Shown here: positions 1-13,570 of the stretch, one piece after another | Numbering within the stretch: position 1 is the first letter of the stretch | Layout: every line of letters starts with the position of its first letter | Origin: Octopus sinensis | Lineage: Eukaryota | DNA length: 64,000 nt | NCBI RefSeq assembly: GCF_006345805.1 | Contig: NC_043006.1 | Span: forward strand, 81,468,001 to 81,532,000 | Direction of reading: 5' to 3' | The notes under the pieces: generated by a model | What the model was told of the DNA's origin: nothing | Seen by the model: only the letters and a program-made list of their open reading frames with translations | Database searches by the model: none | Position numbers and translations under genes: made by a program

Positions 1-588
1 TTCCTGAAAGCGATTCTTTAAATAATACGCTAATATTCTGCTGTGTCTTGATCGATGTTCATACGGATCAAACTCAAATAAAATGCTTTTCTAATTTATA
101 ACAGACTGTAACGATTTTAAAACAAACTTGTGGTAATTATAGATGCATTTAATCGGCAATATACGTTGTATTAATTACCGTAATTTTATTTCATTCGTCG
201 ACAAGTTCTGGTATGCCGCGTTGAAACACTTTCTTAGCCTTTGATTTGATGTATCACATTACCCCATTCTCGAACATCTTTCTGAAGTTAACTCAAGTTT
301 ATCTACCTAAATGCTCGCATAATCTCCTGACAGAAGAAGGATCGGAGAATATAATGAGTCAAACTATTTTTCCTAGTTAAGTTATTCTAGGACGTCCTTA
401 GTTGCTCGTTTCGTATGAGGGGCAAGCATTGTAATGGTGAATAATTACCTCTTTTTCTGTTCAGAGGACAGTCGTATGTTTACCCAACAATCTTTTCAAA
501 TGCCGTAGTTGTTAATAATAAACCTCAGCTAAGATTGTTTGATTATTTTTAACAGTTCATAATGGTCAATCATTTGCATATCCCATTA

Positions 589-1098
589 TCTATAATATAA
601 ATTGGACATGGGCGATCATTTTATGCTTTCTTGTCTTGAGGTTCATAGCCAAATGGCTGGGTGGATTCTCACACATGTGGAGATGGGTGCATAGATTGGA
701 ATGCAGTTTGTATTTTTTCCTAGCCCCCATACTTACCGAGAAAATCGATTAAAACTTTTTCTAGTGGAAATCTTTTCCATAAATCAACTATCGTAAAAAT
801 TTTCTACTATGACCTCACATATTCTATGTGTGTGTGTACCTTAAAAGAAGTGATTAGACAGAGGTCCAATAGAATAGCTCTCAGAAACAAACTATGTACA
901 AATTCTTTCTTCACAACTCCTGAAGCTGTTTTCTGACAGGGGGGGGGTCAGGAAATTTTCATACAGCTGGAGGCGCCAATCAAAACAGGGTACCCAAAAT
1001 GATAAGTTTGAAAAAAGCTGTTATAGATTATGCCTAACTGAAAACGATCACAGCCACATCATCCAAACAGACCGGGTGAAACCGGGCTTAGCTGCTAG
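589..1098 (+). mobile_element. Non-autonomous Helitron-like element
   Basis: Starts A|TCTATAATATAA and ends CCGG-GTGAAA-CCGG hairpin ...GCTGCTAG|T, i.e. 5'-TC, subterminal hairpin, CTAG-3', between A and T with no TSD. The 3' end is well supported; the 5' end is less certain. Confidence 0.55.
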
Positions 1099-2384
1099 TA
1101 CAATATACAGTTCGATCTTCTTTGAATGTATGTCTCCGCGTGTCTATTCGTCGCCACAATAAATGCGTGTTTATGTACATGTTACTGGGTGCTAGACTTA
1201 ATCTGTTAACGTTAATTAGAAATGGAAGAGAGAGAAAATTATCCCTAGAATATTACTCAAAATTAATGTTAATGTTAAAAATGAAAATTTTAATCACTAC
1301 ACAATTATTGCTTATGAAAAATAAATAAAAACGACTTATGTTTGAAGAATCCTTAAACATGTTACTTAACTACACAAAGTTTTAAAATCTTCTTAATGAA
1401 ATTTCGCAAGGCAGTTAATTTGATTTATCTTTTAAAATGAAAACTAAAATTTGAAAGTAAATTTATAACTGAATATTGAATGATGTGTAAGTGCATTACT
1501 GATTTAAGTAATTATTGGAATCAGTGAAACAGAGGTAATTATTACGTAAATATGATTACTTTTAAATGTTGTTTAGGAAATGATAAATGTACAGAAAATA
1601 TGAAGCGCAAAAATAATTGATTAAAACTCAATATAAATATACAAAAAAATATACATTAAGCTTTAAGGAATTCACTATACTCCAGAATTGTTCATGTACA
1701 CTTATATTAAGTAGGCTACAGTTAAATAAAACGCCAGGCAAAGCTAAATTCGGAAGTTACGTTACGTTTGGGAATTTTGTTTTCTTCGGGTTAAATAACC
1801 GAAAAGGGTTATTAAAGTGAGTATATTTATCATATATATCAGGTAACAAGGAAGGATTCCCGAAGTTAATTAAAGAAAGATGTTTATGCATCTATTTGTT
1901 ATCGAAAAACCTTTGATGGAACGTAATGGAATAGCTTGTTATCAAGGAATATTATGCAAATGTCTCATTTGGTGAATATGATAGACCCATTTAATTAAGA
2001 AAAAAACTATAAATATTGAGAACATTCATTGAAAGTAAGTATTAATATTTATCGGGAATGAATTAGAATATAACTACGGTTGATATTCTGAAAGACTAAA
2101 AAAACACTAATATCAAATTATGATATACTATGGAAAAGTAAAAATTGAAAAGGTGAAACCGGACACTTCTAGACGGACGAAACATTGTTATTAACAAAAT
2201 TATGAGATTATTTATACCTTGCTACATGAAATAAATAAATAGGTTTGCAATATAAATAAATATAAAATGTATTATGTAGACAGATAACGGTTATGCCAGG
2301 CCGTAAAATGACTATACAGAAATTAATGGTACGTCTGTGAATTGTTACGAGTAATGACAGGAAGAAAAATTAGTTGAATATTTA

Positions 2385-2458
2385 CGGAACTGCATGGTTA
2401 AGACGTTGGTTTTGCAACCACTTGGTTCCGGGTTCAATCTCACTGCGAGACTCCTTGG
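2385..2458 (+). mobile_element. tRNA-derived SINE head fragment (family B-like)
   Basis: ...GCATGGTTAAG...AACCACTTGGTTCCGGGTTCAATCTCACTGCG resembles the heads of other family B copies in the window. Confidence 0.55.
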
Positions 2459-2609
2459 TGATTCCTGGATTCCTGGAGTTTCAACAAGTTATCTAGTCTC
2501 TCATCGGTGAAAGAATTAAGATATAAACAAGCGCGAAGAATAAAGCATTTCTGTAAAAAAACAAAAAAAACAGGTGTTTGACTGGCAAAGATTATGCAGA
2601 GAAAGCTGC

Positions 2610-3134
2610 ATAGTTTTGAAAAGGTTTCCTACTACGTCCGTGCATTTACTCCGTGGAGAAGCCTATCTCACTTTAGCAGTTTTTCCATGCTATGAAGGTA
2701 CGGATAATGCACGTGGTAAACCTAATTAATTTTCTCTACATTTCCGGAAGTGACATTCGTGGTAGGTCATCCCGATAGCTCATCGTCTTTCAGGGTTGTT
2801 CTTTTGCTTTTGAAGCGCCCGTATGACTCAACACATTACGTACAAAACATAGCCACGTCTCCGTAAGCATGCCGAAGCATGCTCAATGTCTCTGTAACGG
2901 ACTTGCAAAGTTTAACGCAAAATTTCACGTTGGCCCTTCGCTCCAACTTCTTGTACATGGCAAAAATCGCAGACTGCAGCATACACGTGATCACAAAAAC
3001 ACAAATTTCACAACTTACGAAGTAAACACAGCGATGTCCCTCGGCACAATGCCTCATGAAGATCACTTCTAGCTCTCACTGCGCACGCAACCCTATGGTG
3101 CCATCTGTTGGAAACGTTTTCATACCACCTCGTA
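2610..3134 (-). mobile_element. Internally deleted mariner-like transposon (transposase N-terminal HTH remnant)
   Basis: ORF 2836-3066 gives LERRANVKFCVKLCKSVTETLSMLRHAYGD, then RFKSKRTTLKDDE, typical of a mariner N-terminus. TIR-like end ...GGAAACGTTTTCATACCACCTCG|TA at 3109-3134, with a degenerate counterpart TGAAAAGGTTTCC near 2617. Confidence 0.75.
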
Positions 3135-3999
3135 CACTTGATAAACCATTTAAATTTTAAACAACTAATGCCAAACATTTTTCATTCTTGAACTTTGTGA
3201 ACATCTACAATTTTATCCTTCAATATTGGATTTTCTAGTAATTTCTCAAAATCTCGAATATTTTTCACCTAACCACGGTATCTTTACTTACCTCACTTAA
3301 AAATAACAGGCTGAGTCTTTGAAATCACTGTTTCGGCAAATTGCAGCTCTGTAATTGGAACCAGTGAAGGAATTAGACAATGAAAATATTACATTTATTA
3401 CATATTCTGTTTTCTTACTTTAAACGATACATAGTTCTGAAACATTCCTTGATATCATAAATTTATTCCATCATTTTACACAAAATATATGGCTTGGTTA
3501 TCACTTACTTATACTTTACATAAGCAGAAGGGAAAACTAAAATATGAATTAAGTTTTAACATTAAAACAGTCTTTAGATGTTGTTGCCAAAACTACAACT
3601 GTTTGGCTCAATACTTCTTACACGAAACATTTGAAGTTTAAGACAGCTACTGTTCAGTTTGAATAATCTAGAAATATAAATGCAAATCATGGAGGATGGT
3701 TTTTTTATTCTGCTGAAGATAAAAGCATAATGACAGAATGAAGTTAAAAATATATATTCACAATAAATCAGTATCAACGTTAGTGATGATGATGATGATG
3801 ATGATGACTATAACTGTAATGGCTTCTATTTTAGCAACAGCAACTTAGCATACAGGATAAAAGAGGTATTTGAAAACATACTTGATAATTTAATAAATAT
3901 CTCTATTCTAGCGAAAGCCAAACGTATTTTGGTAAAAAGAAATTGTACACATGGTCCCAATAAGCTTTCTTTGAGGATTATTCCATGAAGCCACTTTAC

Positions 4000-4990
4000 T
4001 TTTGGCTTCGATGACAGTTTCAATTCATGACCAGAACAGTTGCTATAGCAGCACTAAATGAACCTTACCCACTTCAGACATCATGTGGACAATAGTAGCC
4101 TTCAGTGAAGCTATGGTATTACAATGAAATCGACTAGTTACCCTTTCAACGTTGTTTCGAACCTAGCAGTGCATGGGATTTAAATCTGGCTAGTTTGGTT
4201 CATTCTACGAGTTCGTAAAAATTGTCAAACATGCATTCTTAGGTTACGTACCTTTGTGAGAAGGTGTTGAGTGTTGTTGAAACAGGTATGGCTTTCCACT
4301 GCGCATTTCATCCATCCAGGACTTTACAACTCTTTCCAGAACCTCAGCATATGTATATCTAGCAACATTTCTCTTAAAACGCTGTGGAGAGATGTGGGGT
4401 AGCATGATATGAATTCCATTACTCCCCACTCTAAAAATCATCACAGTAGTTGAAACTAAGTGTACATCACTATGGGGACATCAACAGGATCTCCACATAA
4501 CCATCTATCATTTCTACTCTTAGACCTTTTGGTCTTTGTCGAAGGCGAGCAGGCAGAAGCGTTAGTACGCCGGGCGAAATGCTTAGCGGTATTTCGTCTG
4601 CCGTTACGTTCTGAGTTCAAATTCCGCCGAGGTCGACTTTGCCTTTCATTCTTATGTGGTCGATAAATTAAGTACCAGTTACGCACTGGGGTCGATATAA
4701 TCGACTTAATCCGTTTGTCTGTCCTTGTTTGTCCCCTCTGTGTTTAGCCCCTTGTGGGTAGTAAAGAAATAGGTCTTTGTCGAAGTTTTTCTCATCAGAA
4801 AACCAGAGTGCCAAGTTCATCAGGGCTTTTAACTTTGTTACGCAATCCGCTTGAAATGGATCAGACAGGACTCCTGAGATTTTGCTGACATCAATTGGTC
4901 TTCTTTTATAAATACGACGTGTATCGATTGTCCTTGTGCAACACAAATCTGGTGTTACATCACATCACAGTACTAGAGCTACTCATTGTG
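4000..4990 (-). mobile_element. Decayed Tc1/mariner-superfamily transposase (maT/DD37D-like), split by a SINE
   Basis: Collinear minus-strand motifs WFSDEKNFDKD / RNDRWLCGDPVDVPIVM / YAEVLERVVKSWMDEMRSGKPYLFQQHSTPSHK / PDLNPM / NTIASLKATIV / IETVIEAK, with stops and frameshifts. Confidence 0.75.
4545..4771 (+). mobile_element. SINE family A (tRNA-like head, Meta-like central domain)
   Basis: B-box GAGTTCAAATTCC, central GCCTTTCAT..GGTCGATAAATTAAGTACCAG, tail ...TAAAGAAAT. 14-bp TSD GGTCTTTGTCGAAG at 4531-4544 and 4772-4785. Confidence 0.9.
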
Positions 4991-5034
4991 CTTTTATTTG
5001 TAGAACACACGTTATATGACACGAAGAATAACTA

Positions 5035-5264
5035 GGCGGCGAGCTGGCAGAAACGTTAGCGCACCGGGCGAAATGCTTAGCGGTATTTCGTCTGCTATTA
5101 CGTTCTGAGTTCAAATTCCGCCGAGATCGACTTTGCCTTTCATCCTTTCGGGGTCGATAAATTAAGTACCAGTTACGCACTGGGGTCAATGTAATCGACT
5201 TAATCCATGTGTCTGTCCTTGTTTTTCCTCTCTATGTTTAGCCCCTTGTGGACGATAAAGAAAT
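5035..5264 (+). mobile_element. SINE family A
   Basis: Full-length match to the other family A copies. Confidence 0.9.
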
Positions 5265-5978
5265 ATATATAACACTAAGGATAGCTAAAGATATGAAGTT
5301 GGAGCTGATTTATAAATTCTCTGAGTGTAGTGTGTTTTAGCAAGAGCAAAAATATATGGAGAAAAGTTTTGTTAAAAAGAAATATTGTAAATTTTCTTTT
5401 CTATATAACTAAGACAATTTTATTATTTTGTCCACACATGTTTCTCACTGTAGAGCATCATTTAAACAAGATACAAGATAGGAAAGAAGAGGATTATAGA
5501 TTCAACTTTCCATTACAACATTGGATGTTTGACACCGATGCCATTGTTTATCCACATGACTTTATAACCTTGTTTGTTAGACATTTCGGCTTTAGTGTCA
5601 TGTAGCAGCAGGAGGTTATTATTTAAACTTGGATACGTAACCATAGTTACAGAAATAATGAAGAGAACAAAGATCCACGTGAGAATGTATTCACATTAAT
5701 GACGTTAGAATAGTGATTCCAAGTTAGCTAAAACCAATTTCTAATCACTGTTTAAAACATTCTTGCAACACCTTCCAGCTGTGGGAAATAGCGTAAATCT
5801 TTGTTTCTGAGTGTGTGCATGCTACTGAATAAGAGTGTGTATGTGTGTGTGTATGTGTGTGTGTGTGCATGTGTTCCTGTGTGTATGTAGATATGTATGG
5901 ATGTGAGTATGAGTATACATATGCATGTATGTATATATATATATATATGTATACAAACACACTCACACACACACACAC

Positions 5979-6009
<31 letters not shown>

Positions 6010-6649
6010 TGTATACGCATACACTCGCACATTCATGTGTGTGAGTGCGAGTCTGTGTGAGAGATGGCGCAACCTTTTTGTTCACCTGAAGCTTCGGATT
6101 AATGTCATTTTAAAACAAGGTAAAAATCTGCCATATAAAACATACCAAGTTTTGATTTAAAGTTCTAACTCTGAAGAAATTTCAGTACTCTGTCAAATAT
6201 TTCCGCCCCTGTTATCATTTGCCCTTAGAAATCCATCCTATAAAGACGTAATTTGCCAGACTGTTCTTTATTTCCAGCACACACTTATTGAAATAGTTAG
6301 TATTTTCACCTTCATTAAGGTGGCGAATAGGCCTTTGCGGCATTTCGTCCATCTTTACATTTCTGAGATCAGATTCCAGCGAACACGACTTTGCCTCTCA
6401 TCCTTTCGGGGTCATGAAAATAAGTACCAGTTGAACACTAGGGTCAATGTCATCGATTTACCCACTTCCCCTAAATTGCTGGCCTGGTACCAAAAAATCA
6501 GTATTGTTACCTTCATGAAGACAATAAATAAGTTATTGATGCAAGTCTTATCTTAGATGTTTGCCACGATATGATTTCGATTAATTATCTAGCGAATTCA
6601 ATAGTATTTTCCATGTTTTTCTTTTAAATATTTGAGGCCCTGATATCGG

Positions 6650-6862
6650 TTTCAAATTTTGGCCTAAGGTTAGCAATTTCAGGAGCGCGGATAAGTCGAT
6701 GATATCGACCCCAGTACTCAACTGCTACTTATTTCATCGACCCCCAAAAGGATGAAAGGTAAAGTCAACCTCGGCGGAATTTGAACTCAGAATGTAAAAA
6801 TGGGCGAAATGCCTCTAAGCATTTTGCCTGGCGTGCTGGCGATTCTGCCAGCTCACCGCCTT
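6650..6862 (-). mobile_element. Older SINE A-related subfamily copy
   Basis: Reverse complement of the family A head and central domain with a different tail. Similar copies lie at about 26335-26535, 54880-55095 and 55115-55270. Confidence 0.75.
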
Positions 6863-7009
6863 CCAACCAAACTGGTAGTTTCGTCGGTTGCGTAAGAACT
6901 TATGTTATCGATAGGAAAATTGCTTTCAGTGAAAAAAAAAATTATTGGGACAATTAGAGATAGAATTACACATTGTATTTGTATCCAGTTTTTTTTTTTT
7001 TTTTGGTGA

Positions 7010-7540
7010 AGGGCATAAAAAAGGCATTTCCTTTGAAATACATCATTATCCAGAAGACTCACATATGCCATTAGTAATGGTCACTATCTTAAACTATAGA
7101 TTTATCCAGTAGTATGGAAAATCTCCATTCAGGAAGCTTTGCAATTAACTGACTTTTTACCTCATCTACCATTTCATCGATCTGACTTTCAACGATTTTG
7201 GCACTTAAAGGAATAAGCTTCGGCAAATCACTCGCATCTTTATGCATCACAGTTCATAAAACTATACACACGGCGGCTGTCATCAATGATGCGTTCGCAT
7301 TTTGCGGTTTGTTGCTTTTTGGCAACAAGTACTCATATGACGCTACCAGACGCATTGAAAACAATTTGTTTCATGTTTGCATACATCATCATAGATTTAT
7401 TTGTTTGTTTTTTTCTAAATTCTTCGTTGCGGGTTTTGAAATATTAAAACTATTTCGTATTTTGCTTTTGTGAATTTTGGTTTAATGTTCACAGAGTTTT
7501 GATGGTTTAATAACTTCATTTCAGAATGTCAAACTTACAA
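7010..7540 (-). mobile_element. Decayed hAT transposase (Buster/Charlie/ZBED-type)
   Basis: Minus-strand translation KPSKLCEH ... LIPLSAKIVESQIDEMVDEVKSQLIAKLPEWRFSILLDKS ... LLMAYVSLLDN resembles the IPLS..T..RRI / FSLQLDES motifs of Buster-type transposases. Confidence 0.7.
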
Positions 7541-8665
7541 ATAACATACATTAGAAGACTGGTTCTATCGGTGATTCAATAAGCCACCATTAAAGACAAT
7601 CGAAGGAGTACTACTGACATTATGGAAAAATTCTATAAATAATGTGAAATATCAATTGTAGATATACATAGAAAAATTTACAAGCAAATATGAGGACATT
7701 AGGTTTCTTTGTTTTTCGTTTCTTGAAACGCAGTTGTGCTTGCTCTAATTTTAGTTCAGGAGACACATCCGTAGGAGGGAATGATGCATCACCTTCTATA
7801 CAGCAAGCTTGTTGTTTAACTTACCGATGGTATACCAGCTTCGCTGGTTGATGTTACTATTCATTACGAAGTTACTCATAGCGTCAGTTGACCACAGCTG
7901 TACGGGCACCAACTGAAATGACTGTGACATTAAGTGCACATGTCTGAATCACGTCTCCCCCCAGGATCCTCTGCGGCACATATGCCATGTAAACGCCTGC
8001 TGCGAGAACAAACAATCAGTTCAAACTCCAGCTGAAAACTACTAAGAGGAGTAAGGCCAGTGCTTCAACAGTTCAAAAGTTCAACAGTTCAATTTTAGTA
8101 CACTGTCAAATAATTCCTCCCCTGTTATCATTTGCTCTTAGAAATTCATCCTATAAAGGCATACTTTGCCAAACTGTTCTTTATTTTCAGCACACATTTG
8201 TTGAAATGGTTAATAGTGTCTCCTTCATTAAGGTCCCGAGCTGGCACAACCGGCCTCAGCGGCATTTCGTCCGTCTTTACGTTCTGAGTTCAAATTCCTG
8301 AGAACAGACTTTGCCTCTCATCCGTTCATTAGGGTTGCTTTAACATACGGATAAGGAATATATTCAACACTATCAGGAGTAACTAGAAAAGGGTGAGACT
8401 CGCAGATTAATTCCCAGTGTATTCAGCCAAACATCCAGATGCCACGTCTATAACAAGATTTGCACATCAGGGATTGGAATACACTTTTATTGAAGCATTT
8501 GCATTGAAAGAAAATCAACATAAACAAATTTCAAGAACAACCAGAAAGAATGCATGCAAGTAAACACACACATTTATGTATGCATGAATGTATGTATGTA
8601 TGTATGTATTTATGTATGTATGTATGTATGTATGTATGTATGTATGTATGTATGTATGTATGTAT

Positions 8666-9666
8666 GTCGTGTAAGAGTCCTTGAACGCTTCCAAAGACCC
8701 TTACATGGGTCTGTGTCTCACATGAGTAAAGGAGCGATGTCAGCGCATATGCACGCTAAATAGCAATTTTTGTTTGTTTTGTGATGCCATGCTGGGACCA
8801 GACACGAGACTGAAGAGACCGGGAGGAATCAGTTGCTCTCTGCAGCCTGAAAGATATTTCATCATCTAGGAGGCAAGAACGGCTAAGTGTGCTGCCCAGG
8901 TAGACAAACTTATCTACTACTTTCAGAATTATTCTTTCAATCAAGATAGCTGGTTCCACAAATGGATTTCCTGGTGCAGGCTGGAACATTACAACAGTCT
9001 TGTCCAGGCTCATGCTGAGTCCAAATGCCTTTCAAGAAGCAGAAATATGATTCATAAGTCATGTAAGAGTCCTTGAACGCTTTCATCAGAGGTGTCTCAG
9101 AAACATTTTGAATGTTGGCTGGACCTTAAAAACTCCAGACATGCAGGTCTTGAGGACAACTGATATCTTGAGTACAGAGGCGATTGTGCAGAAACACCTG
9201 TTACGTTAGACTGGGCACCTTATTAGAATGAAGGATAGCAGGATCCCTAAGCAGATGCTATATGGGGAACTTGTGAATGGAAAGAGACCCCAGCAGAAAC
9301 CAAGGCTGCGATTTAAGGATTGTCTCAAGTCCTCATTAAAAGCCTGTGCTATGCAGGAGACTGACTGAGAGAACAATGCCTGTCCTCGCCACAAATGGAG
9401 GAAGCAGTTTAAGAAGGGGATCGACACTTTTTAGATAGCACGTATTCTGCATGAAGAATTTAAGCGTGCTGTTCGAAAGCACACTGCTGGTGTAGTGAAT
9501 GGAGAAAGCTTGGTTTGCAATGTTTGCAATCTTGTATACTTGTCAAGAGCAGGGCTCATTAGCCACCAACGGGACCGCAAATGCAAAATATAAGTTAGTC
9601 CTAGAGCGTACAATGTTCCTGAAGGTCAGCAATGGTCTTCGTCGGTCACGAGTGGACGGTCATCAT
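8666..9666 (+). mobile_element. RTE-clade LINE 3' fragment with inverted 5' part (copy 1)
   Basis: Minus strand 8700-9055: LDKTVVMFQPAPG...VDKFVYLGSTLS...TKIAI. Plus strand 9058-9600: RVLERFHQRCLRNIL...GHLIRMKDSRIPKQMLYGEL...RFKDCLK...CNVC...H. Bounded by (TATG)n. Confidence 0.9.
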
Positions 9667-9771
9667 GTATGTGTGTATGTACGTATGTATGTGTGTATGT
9701 ATGTTTGTATGTATGTATGTATGTATGTATGTTATGTATGTATGTATGTGTGTATGTATGTATGTATGTAT

Positions 9772-10772
9772 GTCGTGTAAGAGTCCTTGAACGCTTCCAA
9801 AGACCCTTACATGGGTCTGTGTCTCACATGAGTAAAGGAGCGATGTCAGCGCATATGCACGCTAAATAGCAATTTTTGTTTGTTTTGTGATGCCATGCTG
9901 GGACCAGACACGAGACTGAAGAGACCGGGAGGAATCAGTTGCTCTCTGCAGCCTGAAAGATATTTCATCATCTAGGAGGCAAGAACGGCTAAGTGTGCTG
10001 CCCAGGTAGACAAACTTATCTACTACTTTCAGAATTATTCTTTCAATCAAGATAGCTGGTTCCACAAATGGATTTCCTGGTGCAGGCTGGAACATTACAA
10101 CAGTCTTGTCCAGGCTCATGCTGAGTCCAAATGCCTTTCAAGAAGCAGAAATATGATTCATAAGTCATGTAAGAGTCCTTGAACGCTTTCATCAGAGGTG
10201 TCTCAGAAACATTTTGAATGTTGGCTGGACCTTAAAAACTCCAGACATGCAGGTCTTGAGGACAACTGATATCTTGAGTACAGAGGCGATTGTGCAGAAA
10301 CACCTGTTACGTTAGACTGGGCACCTTATTAGAATGAAGGATAGCAGGATCCCTAAGCAGATGCTATATGGGGAACTTGTGAATGGAAAGAGACCCCAGC
10401 AGAAACCAAGGCTGCGATTTAAGGATTGTCTCAAGTCCTCATTAAAAGCCTGTGCTATGCAGGAGACTGACTGAGAGAACAATGCCTGTCCTCGCCACAA
10501 ATGGAGGAAGCAGTTTAAGAAGGGGATCGACACTTTTTAGATAGCACGTATTCTGCATGAAGAATTTAAGCGTGCTGTTCGAAAGCACACTGCTGGTGTA
10601 GTGAATGGAGAAAGCTTGGTTTGCAATGTTTGCAATCTTGTATACTTGTCAAGAGCAGGGCTCATTAGCCACCAACGGGACCGCAAATGCAAAATATAAG
10701 TTAGTCCTAGAGCGTACAATGTTCCTGAAGGTCAGCAATGGTCTTCGTCGGTCACGAGTGGACGGTCATCAT
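9772..10772 (+). mobile_element. RTE-clade LINE fragment, copy 2 (tandem duplicate, offset 1106)
   Basis: ORF-track proteins are identical at an offset of 1106 (8756/9862, 9206/10312). Confidence 0.9.
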
Positions 10773-10968
10773 GTATGTGTGTATGTACGTATGTATGTGT
10801 GTATGTATGTTTGTATGTATGTATGTATGTATGTATGTATGTATGTATGTTTATGTGTGTGTGTATGTATGTATGTATGTATGTATGTGTGTGTATGTAT
10901 GTATGCATACATACATTCATGAATGTTTATATGTTTATATGTGTATATACATACATACATACATTCAT

Positions 10969-11027
<59 letters not shown>

Positions 11028-11042
11028 GTGTGTGTGTGTGTG

Positions 11043-11588
11043 TTAAGAAAGGTCAGTTTGTCCGTGTACGCGCACCGCTATTAGATCGAAAACAGTTCAT
11101 TGTGACATGAAAATGTTTTGGCTAATATACTCTTCAATGAAAGTACTTTTGCATGAAATTGCTTCTAGTATATTTTGGGGTGGAGGCGCGTGGCTTAGTG
11201 GTTAGGGTGTTGTAAGGTTGCTTCGATTCCTGGACCAGGCGACGCACGCGTTGTGTTCTTGAGCAAAACACTTCATTTCACGTTGCTTCAGTCCACTCAG
11301 CTGGCAAAAATGAGTAACGCTGCGATGGACTGGCGTCCCCTCCAGCTGGGGAACACATACACTATTGAAACCGGGAAACTGGGCCCATGAGCCTGGACAG
11401 GCTTTAAAAGGGCGCATTTATTTTTTATTTGTATTTTGAGGACTGAAACATTTCGAACAGATAAACTTGTCTCTTATTCCACCATCACTGTAAAGTAACT
11501 TCCGTCCATTCATAAAAAGTGATGCCATAAAAGATACTGCGCTCATAAACAAAAATGCACGAAAACACACACACACACACACACACAC

Positions 11589-11652
<64 letters not shown>

Positions 11653-12187
11653 GTGTGTGTGTGTGTGTGTGTGTTAAGAAGGTCAGTTTGTCCGTGTACG
11701 CGCACCGCTATTAGATCGAAAACAGTTCATTGTGACATGAAAATGTTTTGGCTAATATACTCTTCAATGAAAGTACTTTTGCATGAAATTGCTTCTAGTA
11801 TATTTTGGGGGTGGAGGCGCGTGGCTTAGTGGTTAGGGTGTTGTAAGGTTGCTTCGATTCCTGGACCGGGCGATGCGATGTGTTCTTGAGCAAAACACTT
11901 CATTTCACATTGCTCCCGTCCACTCAGCTGGCAAAAATGAGTAACGCTGCGATGGACTGGCGTCCCGTCCAGCTGGGGAACACATACACTATTGAAACCG
12001 GGAAACTGGGCCCATGAGCCTGGATAGGCTTTAAAAGGGCGCATTTATTTTTTATTTGTATTTTGAGGACTGAAACATTTCGAACAGATAAACTTGTCTC
12101 TTATTCCACCATCACTGTAAAGTAACTTCCGTCCATTCATAAAAAGTGATGCCATAAAAGATACTGCGCTCATAAACAAAAATGCAC

Positions 12188-12192
<5 letters not shown>
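11043..12192 (+). repeat. Tandem duplication, period about 625 bp, each unit carrying a SINE family C copy (about 11181-11418 and 11813-12045)
   Basis: Flanks are near-identical and separated by (CA)n(TA)n(TG)n. SINE C has a tRNA-like head, a CORE-like TTGAGCAAAACACTT segment and a V-like TGCGATGGACTGGCGTCCC segment. Confidence 0.9.
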
Positions 12193-12236
<44 letters not shown>

Positions 12237-13010
12237 ACAAAGTGAACACACAAACAAGGCACATATATACCCACATACACATATATATAAACATACGCTT
12301 AGACACAGAGATCTCTTAAAGCGCCAGTGCACGCTTTAACATACAGACAGAGCCAAACGGACAGAGCCACACACGTTCACACAAGCAAACATACACATGC
12401 ATCACGTAAACACACATACACACAGAGGAATATATGCAAATTCATACATGCAATACAAAATATGCATAATATGAAACACAAGAATGTCTCTTGCTAAATT
12501 CGCACGCACACAACGCAACAGATGGAGGAACGTAAACACAAGACTTGAAACACGAAGACGAAACGCAATAAATATACACAATTGTCTAAAGCATTATGTG
12601 AACGAACATATGGAGAAATACTTAAAAAGATATTCACAAATATTTATTGTATAAACAAATGTTACATTTTTAATATATGTATGTTATATGCATTTTCTTT
12701 CCGAGTTATATAAAGATATAAAGTAAGTTTCATAATTTTGTTATTCGTTCGTAATTTACTTTCGTTTGTAGAAGATTATACACAATTTACTCTGATTTCT
12801 GACATACTTAACTTACGTCATTTTCGTTCGACGGTTTTTCTTTTATATTTGAATTGGTTTTGTAATTTATTTCCACATTTTTCGCTCACTCGGGTAAAAT
12901 GTAAACAATGTATGTACTTAACAATACGTAATAATGGGGAAAATATAGATTTTGCTATGTATGTTTGTATCTATGTATGTATGATATATATGAATATATG
13001 CATATATATG

Positions 13011-13063
<53 letters not shown>

Positions 13064-13525
13064 TATATATAATATATATATATATATATGTATGTGTGTG
13101 AGAGAAAGAGAAACTGCGTCTGTGTTTGTCAGGCTATCACCGGTTGACAACTGTGTAACTTAGCGAATCGGCCAAAGTGACCGATGGAATAATTACTAGG
13201 CTGAAGAAGTATGTCCTGGGATCGATTTGTTCGATTAAAACCCTTCAAGGTAGTGCTCCAGCGTGACTGCAGTCGAATGGCTGAAACAAGTAAGAGAATA
13301 AAAGAGTGCGTGTATGCATGTGTGTGTGTGTCTCACACTTTTGTACTATATATATGTATATATATATATATTTATATATATTATATATATTATATATATA
13401 TATAATATATATATATATATTATTATATATATATATGTATATATATACATATATATATATATAAATATACATATTATATATATATATATATACTATATAT
13501 ATATATATACTATATATATATATAA

Positions 13526-13570
<45 letters not shown>

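Larger units (their letters stand above)
6184..8323 (+). repeat. Old diverged local direct repeat (6184-6403 vs 8098-8323), including a SINE A head
   Basis: AGTAC(T/A)CTGTCAAATA...CCTTCATTAAGGT...GACTTTGCCTCTCATCC is present twice with many substitutions. Confidence 0.7.

Noticed and set aside
5330-5700. Possible host exon (hydrophobic stretch on the minus strand; 91-aa ORF on the plus strand)
   Set aside because: No recognisable domain, in-frame stops nearby and no supportable splice pair.
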